64,000 nt of DNA. Origin: Eledone cirrhosa. Lineage: Eukaryota. Each line of letters opens with the position of its first letter. Within the stretch, counting starts at the first letter, position 1. A program made the translations under genes and the position numbers. Under the pieces are notes generated by a model. It searched no databases, was not told where the DNA came from, and saw nothing but the letters and a program-made list of their open reading frames with translations. Location of the stretch: contig OZ024740.1 in assembly GCA_964016885.1 (NCBI GenBank), positions 227,168,001-227,232,000 on the forward strand. The letters run 5' to 3'. This document shows, piece by piece, positions 1 to 13,701 of the stretch.

Positions 1-280
1 TAAAATAACATCTCCCCATTTGTTGCATTCTTTTATTATCGCCTTTGTTAGGTTCAGCATTCTATGATTAGTTTTTACCACTTCTGTTCACATCTTGCTT
101 GGTATTCTTCTTCTTAGAACTCCTGGCAATTCTTTATCTAACTGTCATTACCCATACATATTACATATTCATACCAATACAGTCCTTTCTCTTATGAGCG
201 ACATCAAATTCCTTTTATACCCAGATTTTCTCACAACTCATTGGTGCTTCATGATTCATGCATACTAATGTTACACATAC
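1..280 (-). mobile_element. Degenerate RTE-clade LINE C-terminal fragment
   Basis: Minus-strand translation with stops and frameshifts gives MCNISM...LGIKGI...EKGLYWYEYVICM...TEVVKTNHRMLNLT, matching the RTE C-terminal RRLRWYGHVMRM...GRPRKTW region. Confidence 0.55.
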
Positions 281-1632
281 AATATATAATTGTTAATATA
301 TCTAATAAATATAATTGGAAATGCAAGCAATTCAAAAGTGACTTTTATGTCAATACAAAAATTACAAATAATAGTTTGAAATATATATTAAAATATTTCC
401 TCATATCTTTATTCGTAAATTGCAGATCATTTTGCTAATAGCTTCCTGAATACCTGTTCAGTAAAATAGCCAAACTTTCACTATTTACTTCATCGATTTT
501 GACTGGAATTCCTTGTCATTGTATTTGAATTATGCATTGGTCTATTAGTATGTGCCTGCAGTGATGAAAGCTGAACATTCCAGAGTTTATATCACAAAGT
601 GTATTAGTATATTCAGTTCATTGTTTTCTTAGATAGCCTGTCTTCTGTTAGATACAGTATCAGTGGTGAATGTTATAGTGATGTGGGAGGAAATAATGTA
701 AAGTGGTATGAGGGATTCATCGGAAATTACACAGGAATTATGGAGCTGGGATCTTTTGTAAATTAGAAAAGAAAAGTACATGGCCAGAAGGGAATCTAGT
801 ATTTCCCAAGTGTCCGTATTTGTCCAATTGAGTCTACTGCCAGGAAATGCATTACAGCATGGCGGTCTGATGTATTTCCATGAAATAACAGTGTTACAAA
901 CACACTAAGAACACACACTTTACATGCTGCCAAATTTCAATGTTTACATTTGCCCACTACAATAGGAAGTATTAACATAGACATTTGCATGCAAGGAACT
1001 TGCATGCATGCAGACACAAACACACATGCACATAAAAATACACATACATATACATATGTTCAGACAGAAGTTGTTCTATTATTCTAAGCCTCATTCCTTA
1101 CTGCTGTAATCGCAGGTCACCTAAGGGCAAGAATGGTGTGTTCACTGTTGAAGTATTACTCTTCTACATGAGCTCCTCACATCAGACATATATATATTAT
1201 TCCTGCAATGTCGAAACTTAAAAGAGATCAGTTATCATATGTCCTTAAGTAAAATAAACTCCAGCTGCTTTATCCTTTGATATGATGCTGTAATGAAGTA
1301 ATTTCCTAGACTCTGTATTTAAGACATCTAAACCCTCCCCCACTTTATAGTGTATTTTTCCAGACAGCTCAAGTCTGTACCTTAAAGAACATGTCACAAT
1401 TATTTTTAGCGTCTACAAATCAAAATTATAGAAAATTAAACTAGAATTCTTCCCCAAATGATTCTCGTTTTCAATTTATTTTTATATTTCTTTAAGTTAT
1501 TTGTTTTGTCTTTTATCTGTATTTTTTCTGATCTTTGTCAGAAGAGAATTTTTCTTTTGTAAAATGTTTACATTATTACATTGTAACAATCCTTAAATTT
1601 CATATAACATTGATGATAGTGATTAAAATAAG

Positions 1633-1842
1633 GGTTTCTGATTTAGGCACAAGGCCAACAATTTTGGGGTGTGGAAAGTCGATCAAATCTACCCCAATGT
1701 GATACTGGTACTTTACTTTATTGACTGTCATAAGGATGAAAGACAAATCTAACTTTGGCAGGATTTGAACTCAGAACATAAAGAGACATAACTATATGCC
1801 ACAAAGTATGTTGTCCGACGCTCTACCGATTCTACCAATCCA
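1633..1842 (-). mobile_element. tRNA-derived SINE family A (long subfamily)
   Basis: Reverse complement of the family A consensus, including B-box GAGTTCAAATCC, AAAGTACCAGT and the ...CCTTGTGCCTAAATCAGAAAC end. Confidence 0.8.
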
Positions 1843-2299
1843 TGGTAATTAAAATAATAATATGCAAATGATAACAAAACTGAAAAGAAAAGCATGTGAT
1901 ATTGTTACTATTTACTCCTTCAAACTGAAACATCCTCCCTATCCTTGAATCCTTTGGTGCTTCAAATCAGTTAACAGACAGCAATCCAGCCAGATCAGTA
2001 AATAAATGATAGATTCTTCCAGTATGTTGATCCCAATCACTCACACAACCAAACTCTTAATTCCAAACCTTGGCTGGTACACTTGATCCATTATACTGTT
2101 TGATATCACCACCTAGAGCTGAAAATAACTAAGCAATTAACTGATAGATCCTTCCAGTTAGCTTGATCTACATCACTCCCAAAACCATAGGTGTATTGCT
2201 TCTATCATTTTGTGGGGTGCAGACATTCATAATTTTCTGACAAAAATTAATAATTTTACAACAAAAATGTTTATGCAAACCGATCATTATTATGGCCTC

Positions 2300-2685
2300 T
2301 GGCAGTATCGGTAGAGAGTCGAACGCCATGCTTTGAAGCATAGAGTTACGTCCCTTTATGATCTGAATTCAAATCCCGCCGAGGTTAACTTTGCCTTTCA
2401 TCCTTACAGGGTCGATAAAATAAAGTACCAGTAATGTACTGGGTAATTGCTGGCCTTGTGCCAAAATTAGAAACAATTATTATGGCCTCAAGGGCTGTGG
2501 ATTGGCAGTATCAGTAGAGGGTCGAATGCCATGCTTTGCAGAATAGAGTTACGTCCCTTTACGGTCTGAGTTCAAATCATGCCAAGGTTATCTTTGTCTT
2601 TCATCCTTATGGGGTCAATAAAATAAAGTACCAGTAATGCACTGGGAAAATTGCTGGCCTTGTGCTAAAAATAGAAACAATTATT
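2300..2685 (+). mobile_element. Two head-to-tail SINE family A copies with a shared target-site duplication
   Basis: Each copy reads TGGCAGTATC(G/A)GTAG...TTCAAATC...CTTTCATCCTTA...AAAGTACCAGT...AGAAACAATT; ATTATTATGGC(C/A)TC occurs at 2286, 2477 and 2680. Confidence 0.9.
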
Positions 2686-2874
2686 ATGGCATCTTTATTC
2701 ATTATTGTATTATACATATTTTATTATGTTTTTCTGTAATTAAAATAAACGAGCAAAGTATAAAATAGTTTTTGAAAATTTAAGAATACACCACTGCACA
2801 CAACTAAACTCCTAATCCCAAACCTTGGCTGGTGCAATTGATCCATTATACAGTTTAACACCACCGCTTTTAGT

Positions 2875-3112
2875 TTAACTCTTTCATGACCATATTTCTA
2901 ATGAAATACATGCTATTTTTATTAATTAATGAAGAGTTTTGAGGGATTTACTAAATTATTAATTATATCATTACTAAGATTGTAACTTAATGTAAGGTTC
3001 TTATATAAAATTATATTGGAAAATTTGTAATTAAATTGGAAACCTTTAAAATGAGTGGTTTTATTTCATAGAACCAGAGCTGGTTTTGGCTGGGTTGGTA
3101 ACTAAATGGTTA
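2875..3112 (+). mobile_element. TTAA-flanked MITE (piggyBac-like non-autonomous element)
   Basis: TTAAC(C/T)CTTT...AAATGGTTA ends; body shared with copies at 7426, 18593, 33017, 34810 and 41110. Confidence 0.65.
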
Positions 3113-4530
3113 TGTCCATTTAGCTGAATTCAATCTGTTGCAGGATTACGTAAGGCATCCAGTTTGAGAATACTTTCTTTCACACTTCTCATTAGTCTCA
3201 GAGGTGCTGAAAAGGGACATGGGCTCTGCCTTTCCCTCCTTGGCTAACCAGTAAAAAGAATAATAAATGTTCTACTTTCAGTTGTACAGACATTAAAGTC
3301 TACTTCATATGTATGCTGTTTTCCAATTGCACCCATCAATCATCATCATTATTTACTTTCCATGCTGCCATGAATTGGACAGGTTGTCATGCTCCCTGAC
3401 TATATTGATCAGAGTGTTTTCATCTTGCTAATTCCATATTTTTCATGGTTTCTATGGCAAGATACCCTTCCTAATGTCAATCACCTTACAAATGTACCAG
3501 GTGCATTTTATTGTGGTATGAGCACTACCACTTTACAAAGTGCACTGGGTGTATTTTATCATGGTACTATAACTATGATCTTACAGCATATACAAAGTGC
3601 ATCAGCACTGCCACTTTTGAAGTGTTTTCTTGCCTCAAAAGACAAATGCACACAATGCCTGTAGAAATGGTACGTCCTATAGTTTGACGCACGTCTAATA
3701 CTTTAACTATTCATCTACTCTACCTCAGTATTGCAAAGTAAAAACATTAGAGTGAGTGAGTAAAAGAGATTGAGCAAATAAATGAAAGCTGGAGAAAAAG
3801 AGAATGAAGAGAGAAAAAGATGCCTAAAATCTAATTCTCATAGAAAATTTTGCCAAAATTGATGAACAAAGAAAAAAAATGTTTTAATGATGTTAAATCG
3901 TACTCCAGGATTTTTTCTTTACAAAACGAAATTTTTTAAGCTAATTTCATTAAGAAAACAACTTTTTATTAAACACAGTTAAATGTGAGAGCACATGCAT
4001 GCAGTTGTCTGTGTGTGTGTGGAAATTACGTAAGGCATAAAGGTCATTGGTTGGTGATGGGTTAAAAATAAGAATGTGAAAAGTTTTACAAGACGAAATA
4101 AGAGATTGAAAATTTCTTTTATTTCTTCACTTCTATTCCTGGTTCTTGTTGTATGAGGGATGGTGTACGTGGGGGAGGGGAGTGTGTGTGTCTGTATGTG
4201 ATTTTGTTTTTGATTTTTTTTATTATTACTTCTAATTTGAGGAAATTCAAATATAGCTCTCCAAATTTCTTCAATTTTCTCTTAGTTTGTATTCTTCCTC
4301 ACATAGTCACTACTTCTTTGTTCATACCCAATCTGCATGTTAATAACTTGTTCACTAGCTGCAGAGATTTGGGTAATGTATTGTTCATAAGTAGATGGAA
4401 TACTGTGTTGAGAATGTTTTCTTGAGATTTACAGTGTCTAGATTATGAAGCCATTCAATGAATGAGTCTTAGTTGTGTAGTCAAGACCTAAATAATTGTG
4501 TTACTCAGTACAAAATAAGTGAACATAAAC

Positions 4531-4942
4531 TTGCAGTATCGATAGAGCGTCAGACACCATGCTTTGCAGCATAGAGTTATCGCCCTTTATGTTCTGAGTT
4601 CAAATCCCGCCGAGGTTAACTTTGCCTTTCATCCTTACAGGGTCAATAAAATAAAGCACCAGTAATGCATTGGGGTAATTGCTGGCCTTGTGCCAAAAGT
4701 TGAAACAAATATTTTATATATAAATGGGTAGTAGATTGGCAGTATTGGTAATGCATTGAGCAACATGCTTTGCAGCATAGAGTTTCACCCCTTTATGTTC
4801 TGAGTTCAAATCCTGTCAAAGAAAGCTTTGCCTTTCATTCTTACGGGGTCGATAAAATAAAGCACCAGTAATGCACAGGGGTTAATTTAATAAACTTTCC
4901 CACCCCAAAAATGATTGGCCTTGTGCTAAAATCAGAAAACAT
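4531..4942 (+). mobile_element. Two adjacent SINE family A copies
   Basis: Two family A matches at about 4531-4710 and 4733-4942. Confidence 0.85.
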
Positions 4943-4949
4943 TCATGTA

Positions 4950-5228
4950 TCATCATCATCATCATCATTTTACATCTGCTTTTCCCTGTTTGCAAGAGTG
5001 GGACAGGTCCTATTCAGCACAGCATCTATCCATTCATCACGGTCCTTCTTCCTTTCCTCTGTGAGCTTCAGCGATCAGAGGTCAGCTCTCACCACCTCCA
5101 CACATGATTTTCGTAGTCTTCCTCTACTGCCTCTTCCTTCTACTGGGATTTCTTGCCACTTCTTTACCCAGCAGCATCCTCCATGCGCATCACATGTCCA
5201 TACCAATGCAGTCTTCTCTCACACACAC
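4950..5228 (-). mobile_element. RTE LINE 3' end with (GAT)n tail
   Basis: Minus strand reads VCERRLHWYGHVMRM...WVKKWQEIPVEGRGSRGRLRK, then a 3' UTR CCTGTCCCACTCTTGCAAACAGGGAAAGCAGATGTAAAA(TGA)n. Confidence 0.8.
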
Positions 5229-7425
5229 TACAGTTTTTCCCTCTTATACACAGTCTCTCTCTCAACTCATCTATATATATTCAGCTCAAACTTTTATTTT
5301 ATGAATATAATAAACAAAGGAAATCATAGCAGGTCAAACAAATGTTTCGTTGTTATGTTGGACAAAATGTTTAGTGTGTTACCCCAAAGGATGAAAATAC
5401 ACTGAAATATTTAGTCCAACTAACATGGCCATCTCCCAATTCAAACTTGACCAAGGTCAAGGCCACCTTTGACATTTATTCTTTCAGCAGTTCATGAAAT
5501 AAAATATCAGTCCAGAGCAATGAATTGGCAGAATTGTTTTGACATCGAATTAAATACCTTGTGGTATTTGTTCCAGCTCTTTGTATTCTGGGATCAAATT
5601 CTGCTTCATTTAACATAGGTAGTAGACTAGATTCTTTGTATAGTTTAACACTATCACCAGACTTTTTAATACCTTTAGCAGAGTCTACTCTGTTGTAAGC
5701 ATTCAAGCCATGTTTCTTGCTTGAGTATATTGTCATGCAATCCTCCCATCAGTCTAGAGGTTACGGATACTTCTCTTTTGTCACTTTGTCTGGTTTGTCC
5801 CCATCCTCATTGCTATGGGTCAGGAACCATGGATAATTGCTTATCTGTCACATTGAGAAAAATATGACATTAGTGGGTCCCTAATCCTTGTTCGATCATT
5901 ACTCAAAAGCTGGCTACTGAGCCACAGCTCATCCACTTTCATCACAAGCATGAAGCCATTGACCACTTGAAAGGCTGTCACCAAAGTGACTAAGAAGTCC
6001 CATCTCAGTTTTGAAATCAGATCCTTCTTCTAGAAAGCCTACTAACCAAGGTTAACAAGCTCTATCTACCTGTGCTTTTTTACACAGTACTGGATGATAG
6101 TTGACTTTCTTGAGTTCCTCTGCCCATTGGCAGGTTTTTGTTTCTCATTCTATGGTGTGTCCAATAATCAACTTTCTCACCAATCAAGCTAGATGGGGTT
6201 GCCAGTTAAGTCACAAAAAACCCACCTATGTGAATAAAATAAAATAGAAAAAAATATTTGTAAGTGATAATTTTAGATTTTTTTTAGTTGAAGTAATTAT
6301 ATTACAGATACCGGTTTTATCAATCTTTCATGAAAAACAATCTAAAACGAATACTACAAAATTGAATATATGACTAAAAGATACATCCATGCATCAGCTA
6401 TGGTCAGATATTTCTCATGAGAGACTATTATGATGGCTTAAGACTATCTGTTATGATGGCTAATTAAAAATATCTTTCTTCAGTCTCCCTTACTAGTCAT
6501 TTTTAAAGCTGAATCTAACTACTTTAGACAAGTGTATTTTCAAATCCAAATTTCACCCTCATATATATATATTTGCATGTTGGCTAGCCATTACTGAAAA
6601 CCAATTACTGATATCTACACATACTCCCTGCAGACTATGACTGGCTGAAGTTTTAAGTGAAAGGTCAACAGACTAATTCTTTCTCCATTAAACTCCTCCA
6701 CCAACCATCCTTCGTCACAATGGAATGCTCTAAGTTTTAAGTCTTCTTTCCTAAATGATAATGTAATACATGGATGTGAACAAAGAAAAGATAAACATAT
6801 TTGTGTCTTTCATAGTTATATTCTAGTGAAACATGTTCTCTTCCTCCACAAATTCATTCCCTCAGGCTAGTTGTTAGTTCAATATGTGGCACAGATGGTG
6901 TGTTGTTTATTAAGAACTGAAGCAAATTAACTGTTTCTAGATATATAGATTTTGACATTGTAAATCATATCCAAAGTTGTCCTACTTCTTATAGAACTCT
7001 ACCAGGAGGCATATATTTAAATTGTGGTGCTAATACTCTGTTGCACAATATACCCAATCTGTTTCACACATTTCCTGTCAATTTCTTTTGTAGACATAGT
7101 ATATACTGTCATTTAAACATTATAGAATTTGTTTCTTTTTATATACTTTGCCTTTAACATAAACAGAAGTTCTGTAGCTCAGCAGTTAGTGTGAAGATCC
7201 AGATCTTACTTTCAAAATATAGAAAACCAAATACATATAGCAGTAAAATTCTAACTGAGCATGGACAAATGAACATAAAAACGATGAAGAAGATGATGAT
7301 GATGCAACTGATATGTGCTTAGCATGATGTTACTAGCTGGATGTCCTTTCTAATTAAACCACTTTACAGCATTGACTGAATTAAGGCTAGATATACAGTA
7401 TATAGTATCAATATGATATTTTTTA

Positions 7426-7935
7426 TTAACCTTTTCATGACTGTATTTTCATTGAAATATCTTATATTTCAATTAATTAATGAAAGATTTTGAAGGATTT
7501 ACTAAAATTATTAAATATTTCATTAATGGAGGCACATGGCTTAGTGGTTAGGGCATTGGCCTTGCAATCGAAAGGTTGTGAGTTCAATTCTCAGACCGGG
7601 TGATGTGTTGTTTCCTTGAGCAAGACACTTTATTTCACATTGCTCCAGTTTACTCAGCTGTAGAAATGAGATGATAGGGACTGGGGTCCCTATCATTCCA
7701 CTGCAAAGTGGTCGTGGAGGTGCCACGGCAAAAAAGCACCCAGCACTCACTGTAAATGAGGTTGGTGTTAGGAAGGGCATCCAGCTGTAGAAATCAAGCC
7801 AGCATCAGTTCCTGTCCCACCCTTGCAAGCAGGGAAAAAGCGGACGCAAAATGATGACAATATGGATATGGTAACATATAGTTATAATATAAAATCATTT
7901 TGGAAGATTTTAATTTAAATGAAAATCCTTTAATG
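7426..7935 (+). mobile_element. TTAA MITE interrupted by a SINE B insertion
   Basis: The MITE left part (7426-7527) resumes near 7860 (GGTAAC...ATATAAAAT...GGAAGATTTTAATTTAAAT), colinear with the copy at 2875. Confidence 0.6.
7528..7857 (+). mobile_element. tRNA-derived CORE-like SINE B with RTE-type 3' tail
   Basis: A box TGGCTTAGTGG, B box GAGTTCAATTC, CORE-like CCTTGAGCAAGACACTT...CTCAGCTG; tail GGTGTTAGGAAGGGCATCCAGC...(ATG)n; near-identical to 63080-63411. Confidence 0.9.
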
Positions 7936-8507
7936 TAGGTGCTTTTGTTTTATATATATGCAATTGGTTTCCTCATTGTTTTTATCTATCAAATTCAATG
8001 ACAAGGCATTGTCAGTTTCCAGCAATTGTAAAAAAAACACTTGGTCAAGGTGCCACACAATGAGATTGAAACTAAAATCACATGCTTGTAAACATTGTGA
8101 AATATGAAATCTAAAATCGAAGTTAATATTTCGGAAAATTAAAATCATCTCAAACATTAAGAGACAAAACAAATTCCAAATGGAAACAACCATGGATGCA
8201 GAAATCTATTGTTCTAAACAAAACATGAAGTGCTAATTAGTAAATTTGAAAAACCAGTGTGTGTGTGTGTGTCTGTGTGTATGTGTGCATGATGTGTGTA
8301 TGATGTATGTATAAGATGTGTGTGTTTGATGGAAATATATGTGTGTATATATCTGCATATATGTGTATGTGAGATGGATGCATGATGTAGGAGTGAGTGT
8401 GTTTGGTAGAAGTATGTGAGTGCATATGCATGCAGGATTAGTGTGTGTGTGTGTATGTATGTATGTATTTATGGTTAGTTTGTGTATATTTTATGTATAT
8501 TATATAA

Positions 8508-8695
8508 GTGGATTGGCAGTATCGGTAGAGGGTCGGACACTATGCTTTGACGTATAGAGTTACGGCCCTTGCCATTCTGAGTTCAAATCCCGCCGAGGTT
8601 AACTTTGCCTTTCATCCTTACGGGGTCGATAAAATAAAGTACCAGTAATGCACTGGGGTAATTGCTGGCCTTGTGCCAAAAGTAGAAACAATTAT
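8508..8695 (+). mobile_element. SINE family A, full length, with ~15-bp TSD
   Basis: Consensus match; ATTATA(T/C)AAGTGGAT at 8499 and 8691. Confidence 0.9.
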
Positions 8696-8699
8696 ACAA

Positions 8700-9240
8700 G
8701 TGGATGTATGTATACATGTATGAGTGTGTGCATATATCTGCATATATTTATATGTATATGTGAGATGGGTGCATGATGTGTATGGTGTGTATGTATATAA
8801 TTTATGTATATTCTATAAGTGTATGTAAATGTGTATATATGTGTACATTTTATATATATTATACAAGTGTGCGTATGTGTGTGTGCACGTATATCTGCAT
8901 ATATATGTGTATGTATTTTAGTGAGGGGGGGGTGGGTGTATGTGTATATTTCATGTATATTATATAAGTATATGTATGCGTATGTGTTTGTGTGTATATG
9001 TGTATATACGCATGTATGTATTTTTAGTGGGGGGGTGTATGTGTATATTTCATGTATATTATATAAGTATATGTATGCGTATGTGTTTGTGTGTATATGT
9101 GTATATACGCATGTATGTATTTTTAGTGGGGGGGGGTGTATGTGTATATTTCATGTATATTATATAAGTATAGTATGCATATGTGTTTGTGTGTATATGT
9201 GTATATCTGCATATATATGTATATGCGTATGAGATATGTG
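8700..9240. repeat. TG/TA low-complexity region containing a ~100-bp tandem repeat (about 2.5-3 copies)
   Basis: GTGTATGTGTATATTTCATGTATATTATATAAGTAT...TTTAGTGGGGGG recurs near 8936, 9035 and 9136. Confidence 0.8.
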
Positions 9241-9559
9241 TAGATATGAAGTCATGTGATTACTATAGTTTCTCACTGCGCATTACATAGTAAAATGTCA
9301 TTTCAAACTTATATGTCTTTCATTCTTTCTTGTCATTATCCTCCACCTATTTACCTCTTCTTTCCTGCTGTACTACTCTCCTATATCTCTCTCACTTCCT
9401 CTTCCTGTAATTAACCCTCTCCCTATTTTCCATATTCTCAATTGCTATTATACTTATCTACCACTACCCCTCTCTCCCTCTTATTCCTCTGCTCTCTTTC
9501 TCACCCTTTCTTTCATCTTTCTCTATCTTCTCTAATATAACATTCTCACCCATTTTTCA

Positions 9560-9602
9560 TGACTTCCTTTCACTCATTTTGTTTACCTTCTTACTTCTCT
9601 CA

Positions 9603-9637
<35 letters not shown>

Positions 9638-9667
9638 ACTTGTTCTCTATCTCATTCCCCCCTTCTC

Positions 9668-9701
<34 letters not shown>

Positions 9702-9723
9702 ACTTGTTCTCTGTCTCATTCCC

Positions 9724-9779
<56 letters not shown>

Positions 9780-9949
9780 CCCCTTTCTCTTTCACCCCTT
9801 TCTCTCTCTCACTCCCCCTAACCCCCCTCTTACTCTCACACCCACTTATCCCTCTCTTTCTCTCTCTCACTCCCCCTAAACCCCCTCTTACTCTCACACC
9901 CCCTCATCCCGCTCTTTCTCTTTCTCACTCCCATCTCCCTCTCTCCTCT

Positions 9950-9981
<32 letters not shown>

Positions 9982-10070
9982 CCATATCTCTCATTCCCCT
10001 TCTCCTTCTCTTTCTCACTCCCATCTCCCTCTCTCCTCTCTCTCTCCTCTCTCTCTCTCTCTCTCACCTG
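9560..10070. repeat. (CT)n polypyrimidine microsatellite complex
   Basis: Long CT runs with short duplicated spacers. Confidence 0.95.
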
Positions 10071-10348
10071 AGTTTTCCCAAGTTTCATCCTTCTCTACTG
10101 CTAACATATTTCATTCAGATCTTAACCCTCACCTGTCCTCCTCCAGTACTTTCTATAACCTTCCCACCCCCACTTACCTGCCAACCTTCACATTCCTTCC
10201 CCCGTCCCCTCCATCACACATTGAGAAAAATTCACTTACATACCTGTCATAATACTTTATCTATTGATTGATATTTTTGCAGCACACAGATCAATCGTTG
10301 ACAATTTCTAATGCATTAGCTAGCTGCATCCCACCAACCATACCTCTA

Positions 10349-10385
10349 TTATATATATATGTATGTATGTGTATATATACATATA

Positions 10386-10451
<66 letters not shown>

Positions 10452-10570
10452 CATACATACATATATATAATATATACATACATATATATGTATGTATGTA
10501 TGTACATACATACATATATATGTATGTTTGTTTGTATATATATATATATATATATTTATGTCTGTGTGTG

Positions 10571-10621
<51 letters not shown>

Positions 10622-10636
10622 GTATATATATATATG

Positions 10637-10685
<49 letters not shown>

Positions 10686-10686
10686 G

Positions 10687-10718
<32 letters not shown>

Positions 10719-10743
10719 TGTATATATATGTATATATATTATA
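10349..10743. repeat. (TA)n microsatellite
   Basis: Direct inspection. Confidence 0.95.
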
Positions 10744-11129
10744 ATGGAATTATTTCACTTTTTTCTATTACTTTTCTTACTATAGTTTTCAGTAATTCAC
10801 TATAAACACCGGATACAGGCACATTAGTTGTTGCAATCTACAGTTTTCTTTCTCCATAGCTTCTCTTCTTCAGCATCTTTTTTATTTCACAGAAATGAAA
10901 CTTATTTTTTTATGTTTCAACTCACTTTATTTATTTATGTCAACATTTTTTCTTACTTTCGCACTCTCTGTTTCTTTTACTTCACTTTCACTTTACCTTA
11001 TCATGATTATTTCTTACTAAAGTTAATGTCACTTGTAGAAACAGAACTGCAGCGTAGCTGATAGTTGTTTAGTTGCTTTCATTTTATTTCATTCCACTAA
11101 TTAAACTGACTCTGCTTGCCTATGTGCAT

Positions 11130-11670
11130 TGATATATACGTGTATGTGTGTCTATGTATATATGTATATGTGTCTATGTATGTGTCTATGTATATATGTG
11201 TGTATATTTATGTATGTGTATCTATATGTGTGTCTATGTATACATGTGTGTATGTATATATATATATGTGTGTGTGTCTATGTATATATATATGTTTATA
11301 TCTATGTATATATGTGTGTGTGTGTGTGTGTGTGTATCTATGTATATATGTGTATCTATCGATATATATATATATGTGTGTGTGTGTCTATGTATATGTA
11401 TATATATATATGTTTATATCTATGTATATATACATGTGTGTGTGTGTGTGTGTGAGTGTGTATCTATGTATATATGTGTATCTATCTATATATATGTGTG
11501 TGTGTGTGTGTCTATGTATATATATATGTTTCTATGTATCTATGCATGTCTATGTATCTGTGTGCACTTATATATTTGCTTATGAGTGTATATGTGGGTA
11601 TGTCAATATGCATATGTGTGTATGTGTGTATGTGTGTATGTGTGTATGAACATGCGCATGTGTGTGTGGG
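11130..11670. repeat. TG/TA compound microsatellite
   Basis: Direct inspection. Confidence 0.9.
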
Positions 11671-11957
11671 TAGGTTAGTGTGCAAGGTTTCATAGAGTTA
11701 TCTCCCTGATGTGTCTTTTAAAGTAGAAAATACTGCTCCACATCTATTTTAATAGCATTTTCTTATTTACTTCACGTTTTTTTTATGTTTCCCAGATTTT
11801 TTTAATGAATTTTGTTGTTGCCCTCAGAGTGTATGTGTGAATATCTCTTTTTCACCATCTCACTTTCTCTCACATCCTCTCTCTCTCTCTATATATATAT
11901 ATATACACTCATGTTGTGAGTGTGTGCACATGTGTGTGTTTATAATATATAGATATT

Positions 11958-12123
11958 AGGGTCGGACACCATGCTTTGCAGCAAAGAGTTACGGCCCTTT
12001 ATGGTCTGAGTTCAAATCCTGCCGAGGTTAACTTTGCCTTTCATCCATACAGGGTCGATAAAATAAAGTACCAGTAATACACTGGGATAATTGCTGGCCT
12101 TATGCCAAAAGAAGAAACAACTA
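11958..12123 (+). mobile_element. SINE family A, 5'-truncated
   Basis: Consensus match from AGGGTCGGACACC to AGAAACAA. Confidence 0.85.
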
Positions 12124-12955
12124 TAAGTATATGTGTATATATATATATAAATGTATATATATATAAATACATTCTATTCCTACTTAAACAAACACACAAA
12201 TACAAACAAACACATATAGTACAGAGTAACACACATATATATATAGACATTTCTGTGTAGATGTACCTATGCATCTATGTAAACACACACAAACATACAT
12301 TTTTATACTTTGTATTTCTCTCTCATCATGACAATATCCTTGTGTTTTTTTCTTCCCTGATTTTCTTCCCTGCTTTTTTTTTTTTAACTTCTTTTAGCTT
12401 TCTGTTTTAATTTCATCTGTTGCTTGTCTGTATTTATTCTTCAAAGATTGCTATATGTTAGGTAGTCCTTAATTTCCTGACAAAATGCTGGAAGGTTCTG
12501 AAGAAGACCACGCAACAGGAAACACAATATGTAAAAGAGTCACATTTGTTTCTTTTACTCTGGAATCAGAAATAGTAAAAAGAAAAACATAATGAAAACA
12601 ATAAAAGAATTTGGAGAAAAAATAAAATAATTCTTCTTTGACTCTTTATAAACCATTGGAAAATATTTCAATTTTTTATTTTTTCTAAAACTATTTCTTC
12701 GCTTTCTGCATATATTTTCACAGCAACGTTTTTTTATGTAACTTTAACTTGCACCGTAGAAGTGAATTCATCTGCAAAATATAGAAAAATACAGTAAAAC
12801 CAGTTTTGTGAAAATATCTTGTTATAATAGATGTAACTATGGCTGTGTAGTTAAGAAATTTACTTTAGATTCATATATTTTGGGATTCAATTACAATGTG
12901 CAGCACCATAAAGAGAATTTCATAGATGGAAACTGTAGAGATCCCATTGTCTGTG

Positions 12956-13031
<76 letters not shown>

Positions 13032-13183
13032 CATACATATATATATATATTTGTATATATATATATGTGCATATGTACATATATATAGACCTGTTATATT
13101 GCTATTATGCCTTAGATGAAACACTGTGTAAGGAGTAAATTTTGTTTTTAAATATATACCCTACTCCTCCGTTTATTTTTGCT

Positions 13184-13214
<31 letters not shown>

Positions 13215-13339
13215 CTACCAAAATGTACGGTAGTGTCCAATCCGTATGAAGAACTCAATGTAATCCGAATATCATGAAAAGAGAAGATGTATTCAAACAT
13301 TTTTTCGATGAAAAATACAGGAAAACAGAGTCAAGATAA

Positions 13340-13701
13340 ATTAATAAAAATAATGAATAAAAAAAGAAACAGTTTCTTATATTAAAAAATTCATCATTTT
13401 ACGATCGTTTCTAGGATATATATGTTAGTGTTGGTATGCATATCATATAGATCTATGTAAGGTTTTTACAAACTATCAGAAAGAATATACATACCTACAC
13501 ATATATATTACATTATTACATTATTTCTGAAGACAGCATATATATGTGTAGGTATGTATATTCCTTCTGATAGTTTGTAAAAACCTTACATAGATCTATA
13601 TGATATGCATACCAACACTAACATATATATCCTAGAAACGATCGTAAAATGATGAATTTTTTAATATAAGAAACTGTTTCTTTGTTTATTCATTATTTTT
13701 A

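Noticed and set aside
7528-7600. tRNA-like sequences with A and B boxes (also at SINE A heads)
   Set aside because: These are SINE heads that continue into repeat bodies; no complete cloverleaf was found.
12494-12542. CTGAAGA...GAAAC-ACAATAT-GTA hammerhead-like string
   Set aside because: Stem II does not pair and stem I is only about 2 bp, so it is likely a chance match.
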